A stretch of DNA of 64,000 nt from Planctomycetota bacterium (GCA_963581585.1 CAUZPL010000010.1:16607-80606), one strand, 5' to 3'; numbered from the stretch's first letter, positions 10,308-22,454 are shown. Notes: a model not told the origin generated them from the letters alone. Translations and numbers: made by a program.

Positions 10308-11858
10308 ATGAAAAAGGAAATGTTGATCAACGTCCTGCAGCCGGAGGAAAGCCGGATTGCGATCGTTGAAGATGGTGTGCTGGAAGAACTGTATGTCGAG
10401 CGCAGCAGCGCCGAAAACTATGTCGGCAATGTCTATAAGGGACGCGTTGTCAATATTGAAGCCAGTATTCAGGCGGCGTTCGTTGATTTTGGCGTGGGTC
10501 GCAACGGATTCCTGCATGTCAGCGACATCGAATATCAGTACTACAAACACTTGGTGCAGGACGAAGCCGGCGACGGACGACGGCCCCCCAAACATCTCAA
10601 CGAACGCAGTGCCCGCAATAAACCACCAATTCAGCGGATCCTACAGCGCGGCAGCGAAGTCCTGGTTCAGGTAATCAAAGAGGGCCTGGGCAATAAAGGC
10701 CCGACGCTGTCCACCTACGTATCGTTTCCCGGCCGTTACCTCGTGCTCATGCCGGGACTTCAGCGCGTGGGAATCAGCAGGAAGATCGTCGACGAGAAAA
10801 CGCGCCGCGAACTGCGGCAGAGCATGAAGAATCTGCGTCCACCCGAGGGAATCGGGTTCATCGTGCGAACTGCCGGAATTGAACGAGACGAAGAAGATCT
10901 CAAACGGGATCTGACCTACCTGCTGAGATTGTGGGAGACAATCGTAAACCGGGTCAAAAAAGTTTCTGCGCCCGGAACGATCTACGAAGAGAGCGATATG
11001 ATGATCCGGACCATCCGGGACATCTACACCGGCGAAATCGACAGCGTGTGGATTGATTCGGATGAAGCCTGTGACCGCGCCCGGGAGTTCATGAAAATCG
11101 TGATGCCTCAGCATCAGGATCGCGTTCGTTATTTTGACGGGGCGGAGCCTCTGTTTCACAGTTACGGGATCGAAGACGAGATCGCCAGTATTCAGGACCG
11201 CGATGTGCCCTTGAATGGTGGAGGATCTCTGGTGATTGACCAGACCGAAGCCCTGGTGGCCATCGACGTTAACAGTGGCAACTTCCGGGCAGACGATGAC
11301 GCGGAGACATCAGCATACCGCATGAATCTGCGAGCAGCCAAAGAGATCGCTCGTCAGATCCGCCTGCGAGACCTTGGTGGAGTGATCGTCAATGACTTTA
11401 TCGATATGCGTGATGAACGCCACCGCCGCAAGGTGGAACAGGCGATGCGTTTGGCCGTGGAGCGTGATCGTGCCCGCACTCGAGTCCTTCGGATCAGCCC
11501 GTTTGGCCTGATCGAGATGACCCGGCAGCGAATTCGCCCGTCACTAAGGCGCAGCATTTACGAAGATTGCCCGTGCTGCAGCGGTGTGGGACAGATCAAG
11601 ACCGCCGAGAGCATGTCAATTGAAGTCATTCGTCTGGTCATGTCAGCTGCCAGCCAGGACCACGTAGCTGAGATTGCAGTTGAAGTCCACGATCGAGTTG
11701 CCAATGACTTCCACAACCGAAAACGCAAAGAACTCATCGAAATCGAAGACGATCGTGACGTACGAGTGGTGATTGGCTCGCGGACGGACGTGCGTCCGGA
11801 ACACCTCGTAGTAACTTGTAAAGATGAAAATGGACGTTCCATGGAGTTCAAGCCGTGA
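10308..11858 (+). CDS. rng: ribonuclease E/G family endoribonuclease
   Basis: The N-terminus MKKEMLINVLQPEESRIAIVEDGVLEELYVE plus an S1-like segment (GNVYKGRVVNIEASIQAAFVDFG) and DNase-I-like and Zn-link regions (CPCCSGVG) fit the Rne/Rng family. At about 516 aa it is RNase G-sized. Confidence 0.85.
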   Translation: MKKEMLINVLQPEESRIAIVEDGVLEELYVERSSAENYVGNVYKGRVVNIEASIQAAFVDFGVGRNGFLHVSDIEYQYYKHLVQDEAGDGRRPPKHLNERSARNKPPIQRILQRGSEVLVQVIKEGLGNKGPTLSTYVSFPGRYLVLMPGLQRVGISRKIVDEKTRRELRQSMKNLRPPEGIGFIVRTAGIERDEEDLKRDLTYLLRLWETIVNRVKKVSAPGTIYEESDMMIRTIRDIYTGEIDSVWIDSDEACDRAREFMKIVMPQHQDRVRYFDGAEPLFHSYGIEDEIASIQDRDVPLNGGGSLVIDQTEALVAIDVNSGNFRADDDAETSAYRMNLRAAKEIARQIRLRDLGGVIVNDFIDMRDERHRRKVEQAMRLAVERDRARTRVLRISPFGLIEMTRQRIRPSLRRSIYEDCPCCSGVGQIKTAESMSIEVIRLVMSAASQDHVAEIAVEVHDRVANDFHNRKRKELIEIEDDRDVRVVIGSRTDVRPEHLVVTCKDENGRSMEFKP

Positions 11859-12098
11859 ATCAGGAGTTGAGATTGACAGTTGCGGCGTTCCCGGCCCGCT
11901 ACCAAAGGAATGATCACCTGTCCAGATCGTGCTCCGGCTACATCCAACCTCACATCTCAATTCCGGAATTCCAGCCCGGTTCCTGGTGTCAGGATGCATT
12001 TCTGACTCGCTCTCACCAATCTGGACGCTATACTTGCTGATTCGCGCCAAAGTTCTGTGCGTTTGTTTGCGGTAAACCGCAACCGTCCGGGTGATGTT

Positions 12099-12455
12099 AT
12101 GTTTGCCGTGATCGAAGACGGAAATCGTCAGCATCGAGTCCAGGAAGGCGATTTGCTTTCAATTGACTACCGTTCTGACGCGGAAATCGGAACTGCAGTC
12201 GAGCTTGAACGCGTCCTGCTGGCCAATGCCGGCGGCGCGAGCGTCATTGGCACACCCATGATCGACGGAGCGATGGTGACCGCAGAAGTTGTCAACGATG
12301 AAGAAAAGGGTCCCAAGTTGGAGATCCAGAAGATCAGGCGGCGTAAGAACAGCCGGCGACACAACGGTCACCGCCAAAAGTATACCCGTGTGAAAATCAC
12401 GGGAATCACAGTGCCTAATCTGGAAACGGTCGCTGCTCCTGCTGAGCCGTCGTAG
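12099..12455 (+). CDS. rplU: 50S ribosomal protein L21
   Basis: MFAVIEDGNRQHRVQEGDLL..., then KGPKLEIQKIRRRKNSRRHNGHRQKYTRVKI. The ATG at 12099 was verified in frame inside ORF 12057..12455. Confidence 0.85.
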   Translation: MFAVIEDGNRQHRVQEGDLLSIDYRSDAEIGTAVELERVLLANAGGASVIGTPMIDGAMVTAEVVNDEEKGPKLEIQKIRRRKNSRRHNGHRQKYTRVKITGITVPNLETVAAPAEPS

Positions 12456-13121
12456 ATCGTTGGATGGCGACCACAATGCGTTGAACCAGGCACATCCGTC
12501 GCCGTTGAGGCTGTCTGTCCGAGAAGAAAGCTCCCAAGCAGGTCCTGGCAACTCAAATAAGCAGCCCCCGATCCACAACGACATCTGCTTCGGTACCATC
12601 AGGATGAGAATCACGTTTCCGGTGAGTTGCAGGCTGTCGAATCACTGGAAAAAGGGCATTGAAGTCATTGATTGTCGTGACGAACATGACACCACTTTGA
12701 GGTCATGGATCCTGGTGGCTCGCGACGGCCGGACAACCGTGAAGCTCATTGAACCGTATTCCGACGACGCAACACTGAACCTCGACAGTTTGCGACATCA
12801 CCTGTCAAACTCAACCGGACGCGTTTCGGTCGGACCTGCTGCCAACAGCAGTAGTAATATCAATCCGATGGAACGCAGCAAATCAGCTCGCTCCACCACA
12901 ACGCGGCCAGTGAGACTGACCGGGTCGTCGGTGCGATCCACCGACATTTTCAAAAAAACGGTCTCGACCAGACTGTTGCGCTGCCGTTGATCCGAAATTC
13001 AAGGCAGCCGAGGCACTGCCAAACAGCCGACCACCAAATAGAATCCTGGCTTGTCGATACAGCGGACTCCTTCCGGAATGATCGCAGTTATGTATTGTTC
13101 TGCAGTATTTGACAGAAACGA

Positions 13122-13895
13122 GTGGGCCAGCAGATGATCGATAACTTGCATACAAAAGTGATCGCTGTGATGCCGGCTTTTAACGCAGCCGCCACGCTCG
13201 AACGAACGATCGCCGATATTCCGGAAGGCTGTGTCGATGAAATTATTCTGGTTGACGACTGCAGCAGTGATGGCACAGTTGAACTGGCCCGCTCACTGGG
13301 GCTCACCGTCATCCGACACAAAACAAATACCGGTTACGGTGGTAACCAGAAAACCTGCTACACCCTCGCCTTGGAACGTGGAGCCGATATTGTGGTAATG
13401 ATTCACCCCGACTACCAATATGACAGCCGCGTGATCCCGGTGGCCGCCGAACTGATCCGCCTGGACAACTGCGACATTGTTCTCGGCTCCCGCATTCGGA
13501 CCCGGGCTGAGGCAATTGCGGGGGGCATGCCGGCCTGGAAATACGTGGCAAACCGTTTACTGACGATGATCGAAAATATTTTGCTGGGCCAGAACCTTGG
13601 CGACTTCCACAGTGGCTTTCGGGCGTACCGGATTCAAGTCCTGGAATCGATTTCATGGCAAAACAACTCCGACGATTTTGTGTTCGACACACAGTTCCTG
13701 GCTCAATCGGTTGCCGCAGGGTTTCGACTGGCTGATATCCCGGTACCGGTGCGCTACTTTGAGGAAGCGTCCAGTATCAATTTCCGTCGGAGTCTGCGCT
13801 ACGGCATGTTGACTCTGTGGATCATGCTGCTGTTTTGGCTCAATCGACTGCACATTCATAAATCCATGATCTTTCGGCCGGGAAAAGATGCATAG
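13122..13895 (+). CDS. family 2 glycosyltransferase
   Basis: [18 protein letters not shown]..., [15 protein letters not shown] and HPDYQYD motifs of the GT-A/GT2 fold, with a C-terminal TM segment. Confidence 0.8.
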   Translation: MGQQMIDNLHTKVIAVMPAFNAAATLERTIADIPEGCVDEIILVDDCSSDGTVELARSLGLTVIRHKTNTGYGGNQKTCYTLALERGADIVVMIHPDYQYDSRVIPVAAELIRLDNCDIVLGSRIRTRAEAIAGGMPAWKYVANRLLTMIENILLGQNLGDFHSGFRAYRIQVLESISWQNNSDDFVFDTQFLAQSVAAGFRLADIPVPVRYFEEASSINFRRSLRYGMLTLWIMLLFWLNRLHIHKSMIFRPGKDA

Positions 13896-14025
13896 CAGCA
13901 GCCTGCGATATGTTCGTTTAACCGAACGTCGCAGACAGAACACCGAACAGCCACAGCTTTTAGGTTAATGGTGCAGGATCATTTGCCGTCGCGGACTCGA
14001 ACGGGCTCAGACAGGTAGTTCGAAA

Positions 14026-14427
14026 CTACGTGACAACTCTCACGTCCAGGATCTCATCAATCGAGAACGGGCCGAGGTTCTCGTCACCACCACTGGTACT
14101 CAACAGCACGAGCTGACCCTGGAGACTTCGTCGGCCGTCCGGGAATCCCTTGATGATCCGTCCATCGTGCAGCATGACCGAAACTTCATGAGTTTCATTG
14201 ACGCCTGCCAGATCGTCATGGACAACTGCCGGATGCCGTTCCCAGGCCCATGTCCACAGCGTCGCATGAGCATCAACGCGGCCGGCAAAATCATGCCACT
14301 CCATGTCTGCTTGCCTGAGCTGTTTCAGATTTGCCTGTCGACACCACGGCCGTAACACGTCCTCAATCCAGCCACGTCGTGATGCAGCCAGATCTTCAAA
14401 ACTCGCGGGAGTATTCGAAAGTGTCAT
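14026..14427 (-). CDS. hypothetical protein
   Basis: 133-aa ORF in an otherwise empty slot. Its composition looks protein-like (Trp-rich, balanced charge). No family recognised. Confidence 0.5.
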   Translation of the reverse strand: MTLSNTPASFEDLAASRRGWIEDVLRPWCRQANLKQLRQADMEWHDFAGRVDAHATLWTWAWERHPAVVHDDLAGVNETHEVSVMLHDGRIIKGFPDGRRSLQGQLVLLSTSGGDENLGPFSIDEILDVRVVT

Positions 14428-14648
14428 TGCTCACCCCATCTGCACGCAAATCTGTTGGCCTGTTGTCTGTTACCGACGGTCTGAGCAAAGAAGAACACGA
14501 ATCAGTCCATGCGGGGCCGGCCAGTGATGGCACGACTGGCTCCGCCATTCCATCTGAAATCCGGGAGATGCACCCAATGGAGGTCGACCTCAGTGAGGAA
14601 GACCGCGATTCGATTCACACCAACCCGGCGTGGTTCGAATCGGGACAC

Positions 14649-15734
14649 TCACTCCGTCGCATTCTCAAATTCCTCCATTAACTGAATCAACGCAACAACA
14701 CCCTCGATCGGAAACGCATTGTAAATACTCGCTCGCATTCCCCCCACGCTCCGATGCCCCTTGATGGCATTGAACCCGGCACTCGTTGCTGCGGCAATAA
14801 ACTGAACATCCCGTTTGGGATCACCTGTCACAAACGTCACATTCATCTGAGAACGAGACGTTTGAACGGCCGTTGCATGAAAGATCGAACTGCAGTCAAT
14901 TGCGTCGTACAGCCGCCGGGCTTTCTCACGATTGCGTGCCGCCATCCCCGACAGACCGCCGTTATGGCGAATCCAGCGGAACATCAGCATCATCACGTAG
15001 ATGCCGAACGTCGGCGGAGTGTTGTACATGGAATCCGCATTGGCGTGAGTCCGATACTGCAGCATGGACGTCAGTTGATCATTGCCAGCCTCCACAAGAT
15101 CATCACGGATGATCACCAGAGTAACACCACTGGTCCCCAGATTCTTCTGAGCACCTGCATAGATCAGCCCATATTTTGAGACGTCGATTGGCCGACTAAA
15201 GATATCGCTGCTGGCGTCACAGATCAGAAATGTATGATCACTGAATCCTTCGGGTTCGGTCGCAAACTGAGTCCCGAAAACGGTGTTGTTGGACGTGTAG
15301 TGAACGTAACGTGCCTGATGACTGAAAGTATGGCTGGCTGGAATCACGTTAAAGTTGGTGTCTTCGCTGGTTGATGCCACATGCACTCGCCCAAACAGCC
15401 TGGCTTCCTTGACAGATTTTTTTGCCCAGGAGCCGGTGACGATGTAGTCGGCTGTGGTGTCAGGCGTTAAAAAATTCATGGGAATCATGGCGAACTGTGT
15501 CGACGCACCACCCTGCAGAAACAGCACGCGATAATTGTCCGGTATTCCGGCCAGTTCGCGACACAGTGACTCAGCCTCGTCCGCCACACCAACAAACACT
15601 TTGCCACGATGAGAGTGCTCACAAACGCCGACTCCGGAATTACCCAGAGACAGCAGCGATTGCTGAGCTTCAGCAAGAACACATTCCGGCAGCACGGCCG
15701 GACCGGCAGACAGATTCCAGATACGGCGTGTCAT
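14649..15734 (-). CDS. serC: phosphoserine aminotransferase
   Basis: 361-aa ORF. The N-terminus [22 protein letters not shown] and the PLP-lysine region (YAGAQKNLG) are typical of SerC. Confidence 0.9.
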   Translation of the reverse strand: MTRRIWNLSAGPAVLPECVLAEAQQSLLSLGNSGVGVCEHSHRGKVFVGVADEAESLCRELAGIPDNYRVLFLQGGASTQFAMIPMNFLTPDTTADYIVTGSWAKKSVKEARLFGRVHVASTSEDTNFNVIPASHTFSHQARYVHYTSNNTVFGTQFATEPEGFSDHTFLICDASSDIFSRPIDVSKYGLIYAGAQKNLGTSGVTLVIIRDDLVEAGNDQLTSMLQYRTHANADSMYNTPPTFGIYVMMLMFRWIRHNGGLSGMAARNREKARRLYDAIDCSSIFHATAVQTSRSQMNVTFVTGDPKRDVQFIAAATSAGFNAIKGHRSVGGMRASIYNAFPIEGVVALIQLMEEFENATE

Positions 15735-16153
15735 CGCAGATCAATCTTCAGAGTGCCAGACAGCAACGGAATTGGAACAGCCCCGGAGAGGAAGACAGTG
15801 GATTGTCATCTGGGTGCGAAATTCTAAAAGGGATTCGGTCTCAATGTTGGTCCGGAACAGAGGAAAACACGGCATTCCCGCCATGTGGAGTCACAGACTC
15901 GCCCGCTCGACTGCCTGGCTCGATGAAGATCAGTCCGCTAATCTGATAGTTAATGCGTTCAGGATTTCCACTCCAGAAACCAGATACGTACCACGAAACC
16001 CGGGACGAGTGGCTGTCTGAGACTCTGAACCGGATTTCTCAAGCTGACTATTAAGGAAATCGCAACAGTACACGGTGATTCTGACGCTGCGCAGGGCGGC
16101 GCCCTGTCAGGTCTCCCCAAACCACACCCTGGCTGCCAACCAACAGATCACGG

Positions 16154-17188
16154 ATGAATCAGACTCACATGAATCAGGAATCCGATCCTTCCCGGCAGCG
16201 TCCGGGACCGCGTATTCAGCAATTCCAAGCTCCGCAGGGTGACCTGGCAGTTCTTGCCGGGTCCGGTAACCCGGTTTTCGCTCAGGCCATTGCTGATTCA
16301 CTTGGAGTTCCGCTGACGCCCTGTCAGGCGCAGGTCTTCAGCGAAGGCAATGTATTCGTGCGTATTCTGGAAAACGTACGAGGCCGAAACACGTTTATCG
16401 TCCAGGGTGTGCATCATCCGGTTAATGATAACTTTGTTGAACTGTTATTTTGGGTCGATGCACTTAAACGAGCGAGTGCTCAACAGATCACTGTGGTCAT
16501 TCCATACTTCAGCTACGCCAAAGGTGACAAAAAAGACGAACCCCGAGTCTCGATTCGTGCTCGTGTCTGCGCCGATGCCCTGGAAGCCGCAGGAACTGAC
16601 CGTGTCCTGACGATGGACCTGCACAGCCCTCAAATCCAGGGCTTCTTCAGGGTCCCGGTTGATCATCTATATGCCCGACATGTCATCTGTGAACACATGC
16701 AGCAGATCGGTATTGAGGACCTTGTGGTCTGCAGTCCGGATGCGGGATTTGCCAAGTCGGCGGCAGCTTTTGCCAACCTGTTGTCTGTTCCCTTCGTCAT
16801 CGGCTATAAGGCTCGTCCGGATCACAGCGAACAGGCAGAGATTCTGGAAGTCATCGGTAATGTTGAAAGCAGGAACGTCCTGCTGGTCGACGATTTCACG
16901 ATCACCGGAGGATCACTGTGCAGTATGGCCGAAGTGCTGCGTGAACGAGGTGCCAAACGTATTTACGCAGCTGTTTCCCACGGAGTACTGTCAAAAGGAG
17001 CTTCCGATCGAATCCAAAACAGTCTGATCGAGCGTCTGTTCATGACTGACACAATTGAAGCAGTGATTGAACCGTTGTGTCCTAAAATCGAAGTGCTTTC
17101 TGTGGCTCCGGTTTTTGCCCGGGCCATCCGCTCCATTCACGATCGCACCAGCGTGAGTATGCTGTTTCCGGATGAAAAATCGCTGTAG
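16154..17188 (+). CDS. prs: ribose-phosphate pyrophosphokinase
   Basis: LAGSGNPVFAQAIADSLGVPL, DLHSPQIQGFF and the PRPP-binding loop LLVDDFTITGGSL. Confidence 0.9.
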   Translation: MNQTHMNQESDPSRQRPGPRIQQFQAPQGDLAVLAGSGNPVFAQAIADSLGVPLTPCQAQVFSEGNVFVRILENVRGRNTFIVQGVHHPVNDNFVELLFWVDALKRASAQQITVVIPYFSYAKGDKKDEPRVSIRARVCADALEAAGTDRVLTMDLHSPQIQGFFRVPVDHLYARHVICEHMQQIGIEDLVVCSPDAGFAKSAAAFANLLSVPFVIGYKARPDHSEQAEILEVIGNVESRNVLLVDDFTITGGSLCSMAEVLRERGAKRIYAAVSHGVLSKGASDRIQNSLIERLFMTDTIEAVIEPLCPKIEVLSVAPVFARAIRSIHDRTSVSMLFPDEKSL

Positions 17189-17234
17189 TGTCCTGATTGA
17201 GAAAACCTGACTTCAGGAACTTACGAACATTCCC

Positions 17235-19871
17235 ATGGCCAAGCTGTCCCCAATGATGGAACGCTATCAGGAAGTGAAAGCCGATAATCCCGGTGCGCTT
17301 CTGTTCTTCCGCATGGGAGATTTTTATGAATTGTTCTACAACGATGCAGAAGTGGCGGCTGAGATTCTCGGACTTACGCTCACCAGTCGCGACAGAAACT
17401 CTGCCAACCCGGTTGCAATGGCCGGGTTCCCGCATCATCAGCTGGACAATTATCTGCAGAAACTGATTCAGTCCGGGTTTCGAGTCGCCATCTGTGATCA
17501 GGTCGAAGACCCCAAAAAGGCTAGAGGACTCGTCCGCCGTGAAGTAACCCGTGTCGTGACCCCGGGTACGATCACCGAAGACAATTTGCTGGACCCTCGC
17601 ACGAGCAATTTCATCGCCTGCGTAGCACCCTCCGGGAACCTGCTGGGACTGGCGTGGCTGGAATTATCGACCGGCCTGTTTCTGAACTGCGAAGTTGAAC
17701 CGGCTCTGCTTCCGGAAGAACTCGCTCGCATCCGTCCGGCAGAGTGCATTGTACCGGAAGGTGAAACCAACAGTACACAACAGCATTTGACCGGAGCCGA
17801 CCTCGGAGGCCCGGTTCTCACATCACGCCCGGCATGGTGTTTTGCGAATGAGGAATGTCGTCGACTGCTCCGGGAACATTTTGGTACGAAAACTCTCGAG
17901 GGCTTCGATGCCGACGAGAATTCACCAGCTGTGACTGCGGCCGGTGCATTACTCCAGTACGTCCGGGATACACAGCGATCGGCACTTAGTCATATCACAC
18001 GATTGGAAACATGGCGACGGCATCGATACATGGTCATCGATGAAGCCACTCGCCGCAGTCTGGAACTCACCAGTACCATGCGGGATGGGCGACGTGAGCA
18101 CAGTCTGCTCGGTGTTATCGACGAGACCAGGACACCGATGGGAGCCCGCCTGCTGGCCGACTGGCTGTCAAATCCTCTCACCGACATCGAACAGATCACA
18201 CAACGACTCGATGCCACCGAAGAATTCGTCAAAGACATCACGTTACGAGATGAACTTCGGAAAACCCTGAGACAAATTCATGACCTGCAGCGTTTGACAT
18301 CACGTGTCGCGACCGGCCGTTGCGGCCCGCGAGACCTCGGCAGTCTTGCCGCGACACTGGCTCAGCTGCCCAGTGTTAAAGCAAGGCTTGCTGCTCGAAC
18401 TGCCCAGCGACTGCGGACGCTGGAAAAACATGTCAACCTGTGTCCCGAAGTCCGAACTGCCATCGATGATGCGTTAATCGTTGATCCACCGGCGGGAGTT
18501 ACCGACGGCGGGGTCATCCGACCGGGGTTTAATGGACAGCTGGATGAACTACGTGACCTCGCGAAAGGTGGCAAAGAGTGGATTGCCGCCTACCAGGCAA
18601 AGGAAAGTGAACGTACGGGGATCCCCAGTCTCAAGATTGGCTTCAACAAGGTTTTTGGTTACTACCTGGAGGTGACCGGGACACATTTGAGCAAGGTTCC
18701 GGAAGACTACATCCGTAAACAGACACTTAAGAACCAGGAGCGGTATATCACTCCTGAACTCAAACAGTACGAAGACAAAGTCTTGCGGGCGGAAGAACAA
18801 AGCAAGGCACTCGAACACGAACTATTTGGCAAGCTGAAGGAAGAAGTCGCAGCTCACGTGGCGAGACTGCTGTCCACGGCCGAAGCGCTGGCAGAAATCG
18901 ACGTATTCACCAGTCTTGCTGCGCTGGCTGCAACTGCCGGATACTGCCGACCTGAATTAACCCACGAACCGGTACTGGATGTTCGGGAAGGCCGCCATCC
19001 GCTGCTGGATCGACTGATGCCGGCTGGAGAATTTGTACCCAACGATCTGCTTCTGGGAGTGTCGGTCACCGAATCCGAGTCAGAAAAATCCACTGGTCGC
19101 CTGCAAATCATTACCGGTCCCAATATGGCAGGCAAAAGCACCTACATCCGCCAGGCCGCGCTGATCACTGTGATGGCCCAAATGGGATCCTTTGTTCCGG
19201 CCAGCGAAGCACGAGTCGGTATTGCCGATCGAGTCTTCGCGCGTGTCGGTGCAAGTGATGAACTGGGTAAGGGCCAAAGTACGTTCATGGTCGAAATGAC
19301 AGAGACGGCCCGCATTCTGAACAGCGCGACAGCCAGAAGTCTGGTGATCCTTGATGAAGTCGGCCGAGGGACCAGCACCTACGATGGCATTTCTCTGGCG
19401 TGGAGCATCACAGAATATCTGCACGATGAGACACGATGTCGCACAATGTTCGCGACACACTATCACGAACTCACCGTCCTGACACAGACACTTAAGCAGG
19501 CATCCAACTGGAATGTCGCCGTCCAAGAAAGTGACGATGACGTCATCTTTCTGCACCGGATTGTGCAGGGCGCCGCCGGACGCAGTTATGGTATTCACGT
19601 TGCGAAACTGGCCGGCGTGCCGCGCACAGTGACCGAACGAGCGACCACCATTCTCGACACTTTGGAGAACGACCACCTTAAACAGAACGGGCGCCCAACT
19701 GTGCCGCGACGGGAAACAGGTCGTCGAACATCGCGGCAGCTGAGTCTGTTCGAACTCCCGGAAGATCCGTTACTGGACGAGATCCGCAACCTGGAAGTCG
19801 ATGGTATGACACCACTGGAAGCCATGCAGCAACTGTATCGACTCCGCCAGCAACTCACTGACCGTGGATGA
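17235..19871 (+). CDS. mutS: DNA mismatch repair protein MutS
   Basis: 878-aa ORF. The N-terminus TPMMxQY-like [22 protein letters not shown], Walker [14 protein letters not shown], and [12 protein letters not shown]. Confidence 0.95.
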   Translation: MAKLSPMMERYQEVKADNPGALLFFRMGDFYELFYNDAEVAAEILGLTLTSRDRNSANPVAMAGFPHHQLDNYLQKLIQSGFRVAICDQVEDPKKARGLVRREVTRVVTPGTITEDNLLDPRTSNFIACVAPSGNLLGLAWLELSTGLFLNCEVEPALLPEELARIRPAECIVPEGETNSTQQHLTGADLGGPVLTSRPAWCFANEECRRLLREHFGTKTLEGFDADENSPAVTAAGALLQYVRDTQRSALSHITRLETWRRHRYMVIDEATRRSLELTSTMRDGRREHSLLGVIDETRTPMGARLLADWLSNPLTDIEQITQRLDATEEFVKDITLRDELRKTLRQIHDLQRLTSRVATGRCGPRDLGSLAATLAQLPSVKARLAARTAQRLRTLEKHVNLCPEVRTAIDDALIVDPPAGVTDGGVIRPGFNGQLDELRDLAKGGKEWIAAYQAKESERTGIPSLKIGFNKVFGYYLEVTGTHLSKVPEDYIRKQTLKNQERYITPELKQYEDKVLRAEEQSKALEHELFGKLKEEVAAHVARLLSTAEALAEIDVFTSLAALAATAGYCRPELTHEPVLDVREGRHPLLDRLMPAGEFVPNDLLLGVSVTESESEKSTGRLQIITGPNMAGKSTYIRQAALITVMAQMGSFVPASEARVGIADRVFARVGASDELGKGQSTFMVEMTETARILNSATARSLVILDEVGRGTSTYDGISLAWSITEYLHDETRCRTMFATHYHELTVLTQTLKQASNWNVAVQESDDDVIFLHRIVQGAAGRSYGIHVAKLAGVPRTVTERATTILDTLENDHLKQNGRPTVPRRETGRRTSRQLSLFELPEDPLLDEIRNLEVDGMTPLEAMQQLYRLRQQLTDRG

Positions 19872-20472
19872 CAGAAAGATCGCCGTCCTGATATTTACTG
19901 AACGATTCGCCCGTTACGGCAGTCTGGCGGCCAGATCCGTCGTTATGTGCCTGAGATGTTCGTGGGTCTACGCTCGAAATCTCAAGGTGTACGAAGACGA
20001 ACACGGATTCACAAAACTGTCAAATGACAGATGGACAGACACTGAAGTTGATGCTTGGCCTGTGGTCGCCATCGCATCAAACTTGTGTGATTCACAAGCT
20101 GGATACAGAAGATCCGCTGGTCCAAATTTAGCGTTCTTCACTTTTGGTGACGTCGAACTTCAGCGCAACGGTACATAACTGGTTGAAATCGTCTGGTCTG
20201 TTTGACAACTCCGACTGGTTCCACGTTACCGCCGGCCTGACTGGCAACGAATTTCAGGTTGACGCGGCAAGGCCACGGCGCATGGTTTCTCGGCATAGAA
20301 AGCGGTTCGCTCTGTCGCCGCACTGAGCTATCGAAGCGGACTTTCAGCCTGCGGCTAAATCAGAAGAACGACTACGGCGCTAAAACATATCCTGCTCCGT
20401 CGGTTGATGCCAGTGATTCCGGATTTGTCCGCAACACCTGATTTACACACCGATGGTATTTCACCGCACCGC

Positions 20473-21597
20473 TCAGCGTCTGCGGTACGAGAATCGATTC
20501 AGCCTGAATCTGTCAATCGGATAAGGCGTCGATCCGTCCACGACGAGTTGTGCCAGGATCAGACCAATCAACGTCGAAAATTTGAACCCATGTCCCGAAA
20601 ACCCGGCGCCCACGAAGACGTTTGAGTGGCTCGGATGAGGACCAATCAGGAAATCCTGATCCGGCGTCTCGGTGTACATGCAGGTTGAGCCTTCAACGAA
20701 CTGGAAGGAGTTGTCCGGCATCAGCGCCGCCAGCCAATTGCTCAGAGAATCTCGTTCGACTTGCTCAATCGTGCGGTTGATGTGACCAGGATGTGTCCTT
20801 TCACCGCGTGTGTCGTCGGCGACCTTGATGCCCGGACCGTGCATCGGAAAACCGTAGAACCGCGTGTCGTAGTCGGCGTAGACGGGCAGGACTGCCGGGT
20901 GCAGTGATTTCAAACTGGCGGGGCGGAAATAGAACTTCTGCTGGCGTGTCACTGTCAGCGGAAGATGAAGTTCTCGCAGCATCTCGGCAGTCCACGGACC
21001 CGCAGTGATCACGAGACGGGCAGCACGAAAGTCGCCGACAGTTGTTCTCAAAGTGGTCAGGTCGCGGGAAAATTCAATGCTCTCGACACAGACCTGTTGA
21101 TGAACAACGGCGCCAAGTTTTCTAGCCTCGGCAAGATGTGTCATCACACTGCGCCTGGCATCCAGAAATCCGCCCTGCGGAGTGAAGCACGCCATTGCGG
21201 ATTTCGGAATCCGCAATGCAGGAAAACGTGTTGTGACTTCCTCTGGCGTCAACAGTTGGAATTCGGCACTGCTTCGCCGAACCGCCGCCATGTTCCGTTC
21301 AAACATGGGGTTGTTGACTCCGGCGTACGCCAGAAATCCGCACAGATGAAGCAGTGATTCGTTCGACAATTCCTGTAATTCCTGCCACAGCGGCAACGCA
21401 GCTTTCGCCAGTTCGGTGTATCCTGGATCGTGGTAGAACACGCGAAAAGCACGGGAGTGGCCGTGCGAACTACCAAGACCGTGACCGGCTTCAAACTGAT
21501 CAATTCCGACCACCTTCTGGCGCATCCGTGCAAGGTGATAGAGCGTGGCACTTCCCATAGCACCAAGACCGAGAACAAAGCAGTCAACGTTGTTCAT
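20473..21597 (-). CDS. FAD-dependent amine oxidase, sarcosine oxidase / N-methyltryptophan oxidase (SolA) family
   Basis: N-terminal dinucleotide fold DCFVLGLGAMGSATLYHLA and C-terminal GFSGHGFKF, typical of the MSOX/SolA family. Confidence 0.8.
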   Translation of the reverse strand: MNNVDCFVLGLGAMGSATLYHLARMRQKVVGIDQFEAGHGLGSSHGHSRAFRVFYHDPGYTELAKAALPLWQELQELSNESLLHLCGFLAYAGVNNPMFERNMAAVRRSSAEFQLLTPEEVTTRFPALRIPKSAMACFTPQGGFLDARRSVMTHLAEARKLGAVVHQQVCVESIEFSRDLTTLRTTVGDFRAARLVITAGPWTAEMLRELHLPLTVTRQQKFYFRPASLKSLHPAVLPVYADYDTRFYGFPMHGPGIKVADDTRGERTHPGHINRTIEQVERDSLSNWLAALMPDNSFQFVEGSTCMYTETPDQDFLIGPHPSHSNVFVGAGFSGHGFKFSTLIGLILAQLVVDGSTPYPIDRFRLNRFSYRRR

Positions 21598-21635
21598 GCA
21601 GATTGATCCTAAACGCCGGGAATTACTGCGTCTGT

Positions 21636-22421
21636 TCAGCGCAGAAAGCGCCCACCATTGATGTCGATCAATGCACCATTCAAAAATCGCGCTGCATCGC
21701 TAACAAGGAACAGTACAGTCGCGGCGACTTCATGTGGATTTCCGTTACGTCCCAGTGGAGTTTCGGTACGATACTGCTGCATCCGTTCGGGCGCTGTGAA
21801 CAGTTCGTGATGCCGTGTTTCGATGACTCCGGGCATGATCGAATTCGCTCTCACTTCAGGAGCCAGTTCACGTGCGAGCGTCCGCGTCATGACTTCCAGG
21901 CCACCTTTGGCAATTGCATACACCCCGGCACCATTGGCTCCACCGGTCTGCACAGAGAGCGACAGATTGTTGATAATCACCCCGTGACCTGAATTGCGAA
22001 GATGCGGTATCGCCCGCTGAGTCACGGCAAACGCACTGGTGAGATTGGTAGCAAGAATCTGCTGCCACAAATCGGTCGAACAGTCCTCGAGCCGCGTCCG
22101 CTCGATTGGCCCGCCGGCATTGTTTACCAGAATGCTCAGTTGACCGGATTCAGCAACGAGCTCGTCAACGATCCCGGCACATGTGGATACACTCGTCAAA
22201 TCTCCCTGGAGCAGCTTACCGTGTCCGCCAGCAGACTGGATCACTCGCAAAGTCTCTTCGGCACCGTCACGGCTTTGATGAAAATGCACCCCCACAAACG
22301 CACCAGCCGAGCCAAGTGCCTCCGCAACAGCACGCCCAATACCCACACCCGCTCCGGTCACAAGAGCCACTCGATCTGCCAGTTGATTTTCTGCGTTGAT
22401 CGGGATTTCATTCTCTGCCAT
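21636..22421 (-). CDS. SDR family oxidoreductase (FabG-like)
   Basis: TGAGVGIGRA cofactor motif, NNAG, and the catalytic YAIAKGG (YxxxK). Confidence 0.85.
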   Translation of the reverse strand: MAENEIPINAENQLADRVALVTGAGVGIGRAVAEALGSAGAFVGVHFHQSRDGAEETLRVIQSAGGHGKLLQGDLTSVSTCAGIVDELVAESGQLSILVNNAGGPIERTRLEDCSTDLWQQILATNLTSAFAVTQRAIPHLRNSGHGVIINNLSLSVQTGGANGAGVYAIAKGGLEVMTRTLARELAPEVRANSIMPGVIETRHHELFTAPERMQQYRTETPLGRNGNPHEVAATVLFLVSDAARFLNGALIDINGGRFLR

Positions 22422-22454
22422 CCAAGTCGCCTCATCAGCCGGTTGAATCCATCG

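Noticed and set aside
12460-12990. 176-aa ORF after rplU as a confident CDS.
   Set aside because: It has a TTG start, no recognisable family and an odd low-complexity tail. Only the middle third looks protein-like, so it is kept as a finding rather than a feature.
19864-20178. 104-aa ORF overlapping the mutS stop codon.
   Set aside because: It has a GTG start inside the mutS 3' end, no SD, no family resemblance and a Cys/Arg-rich N-terminus. It is probably non-coding.
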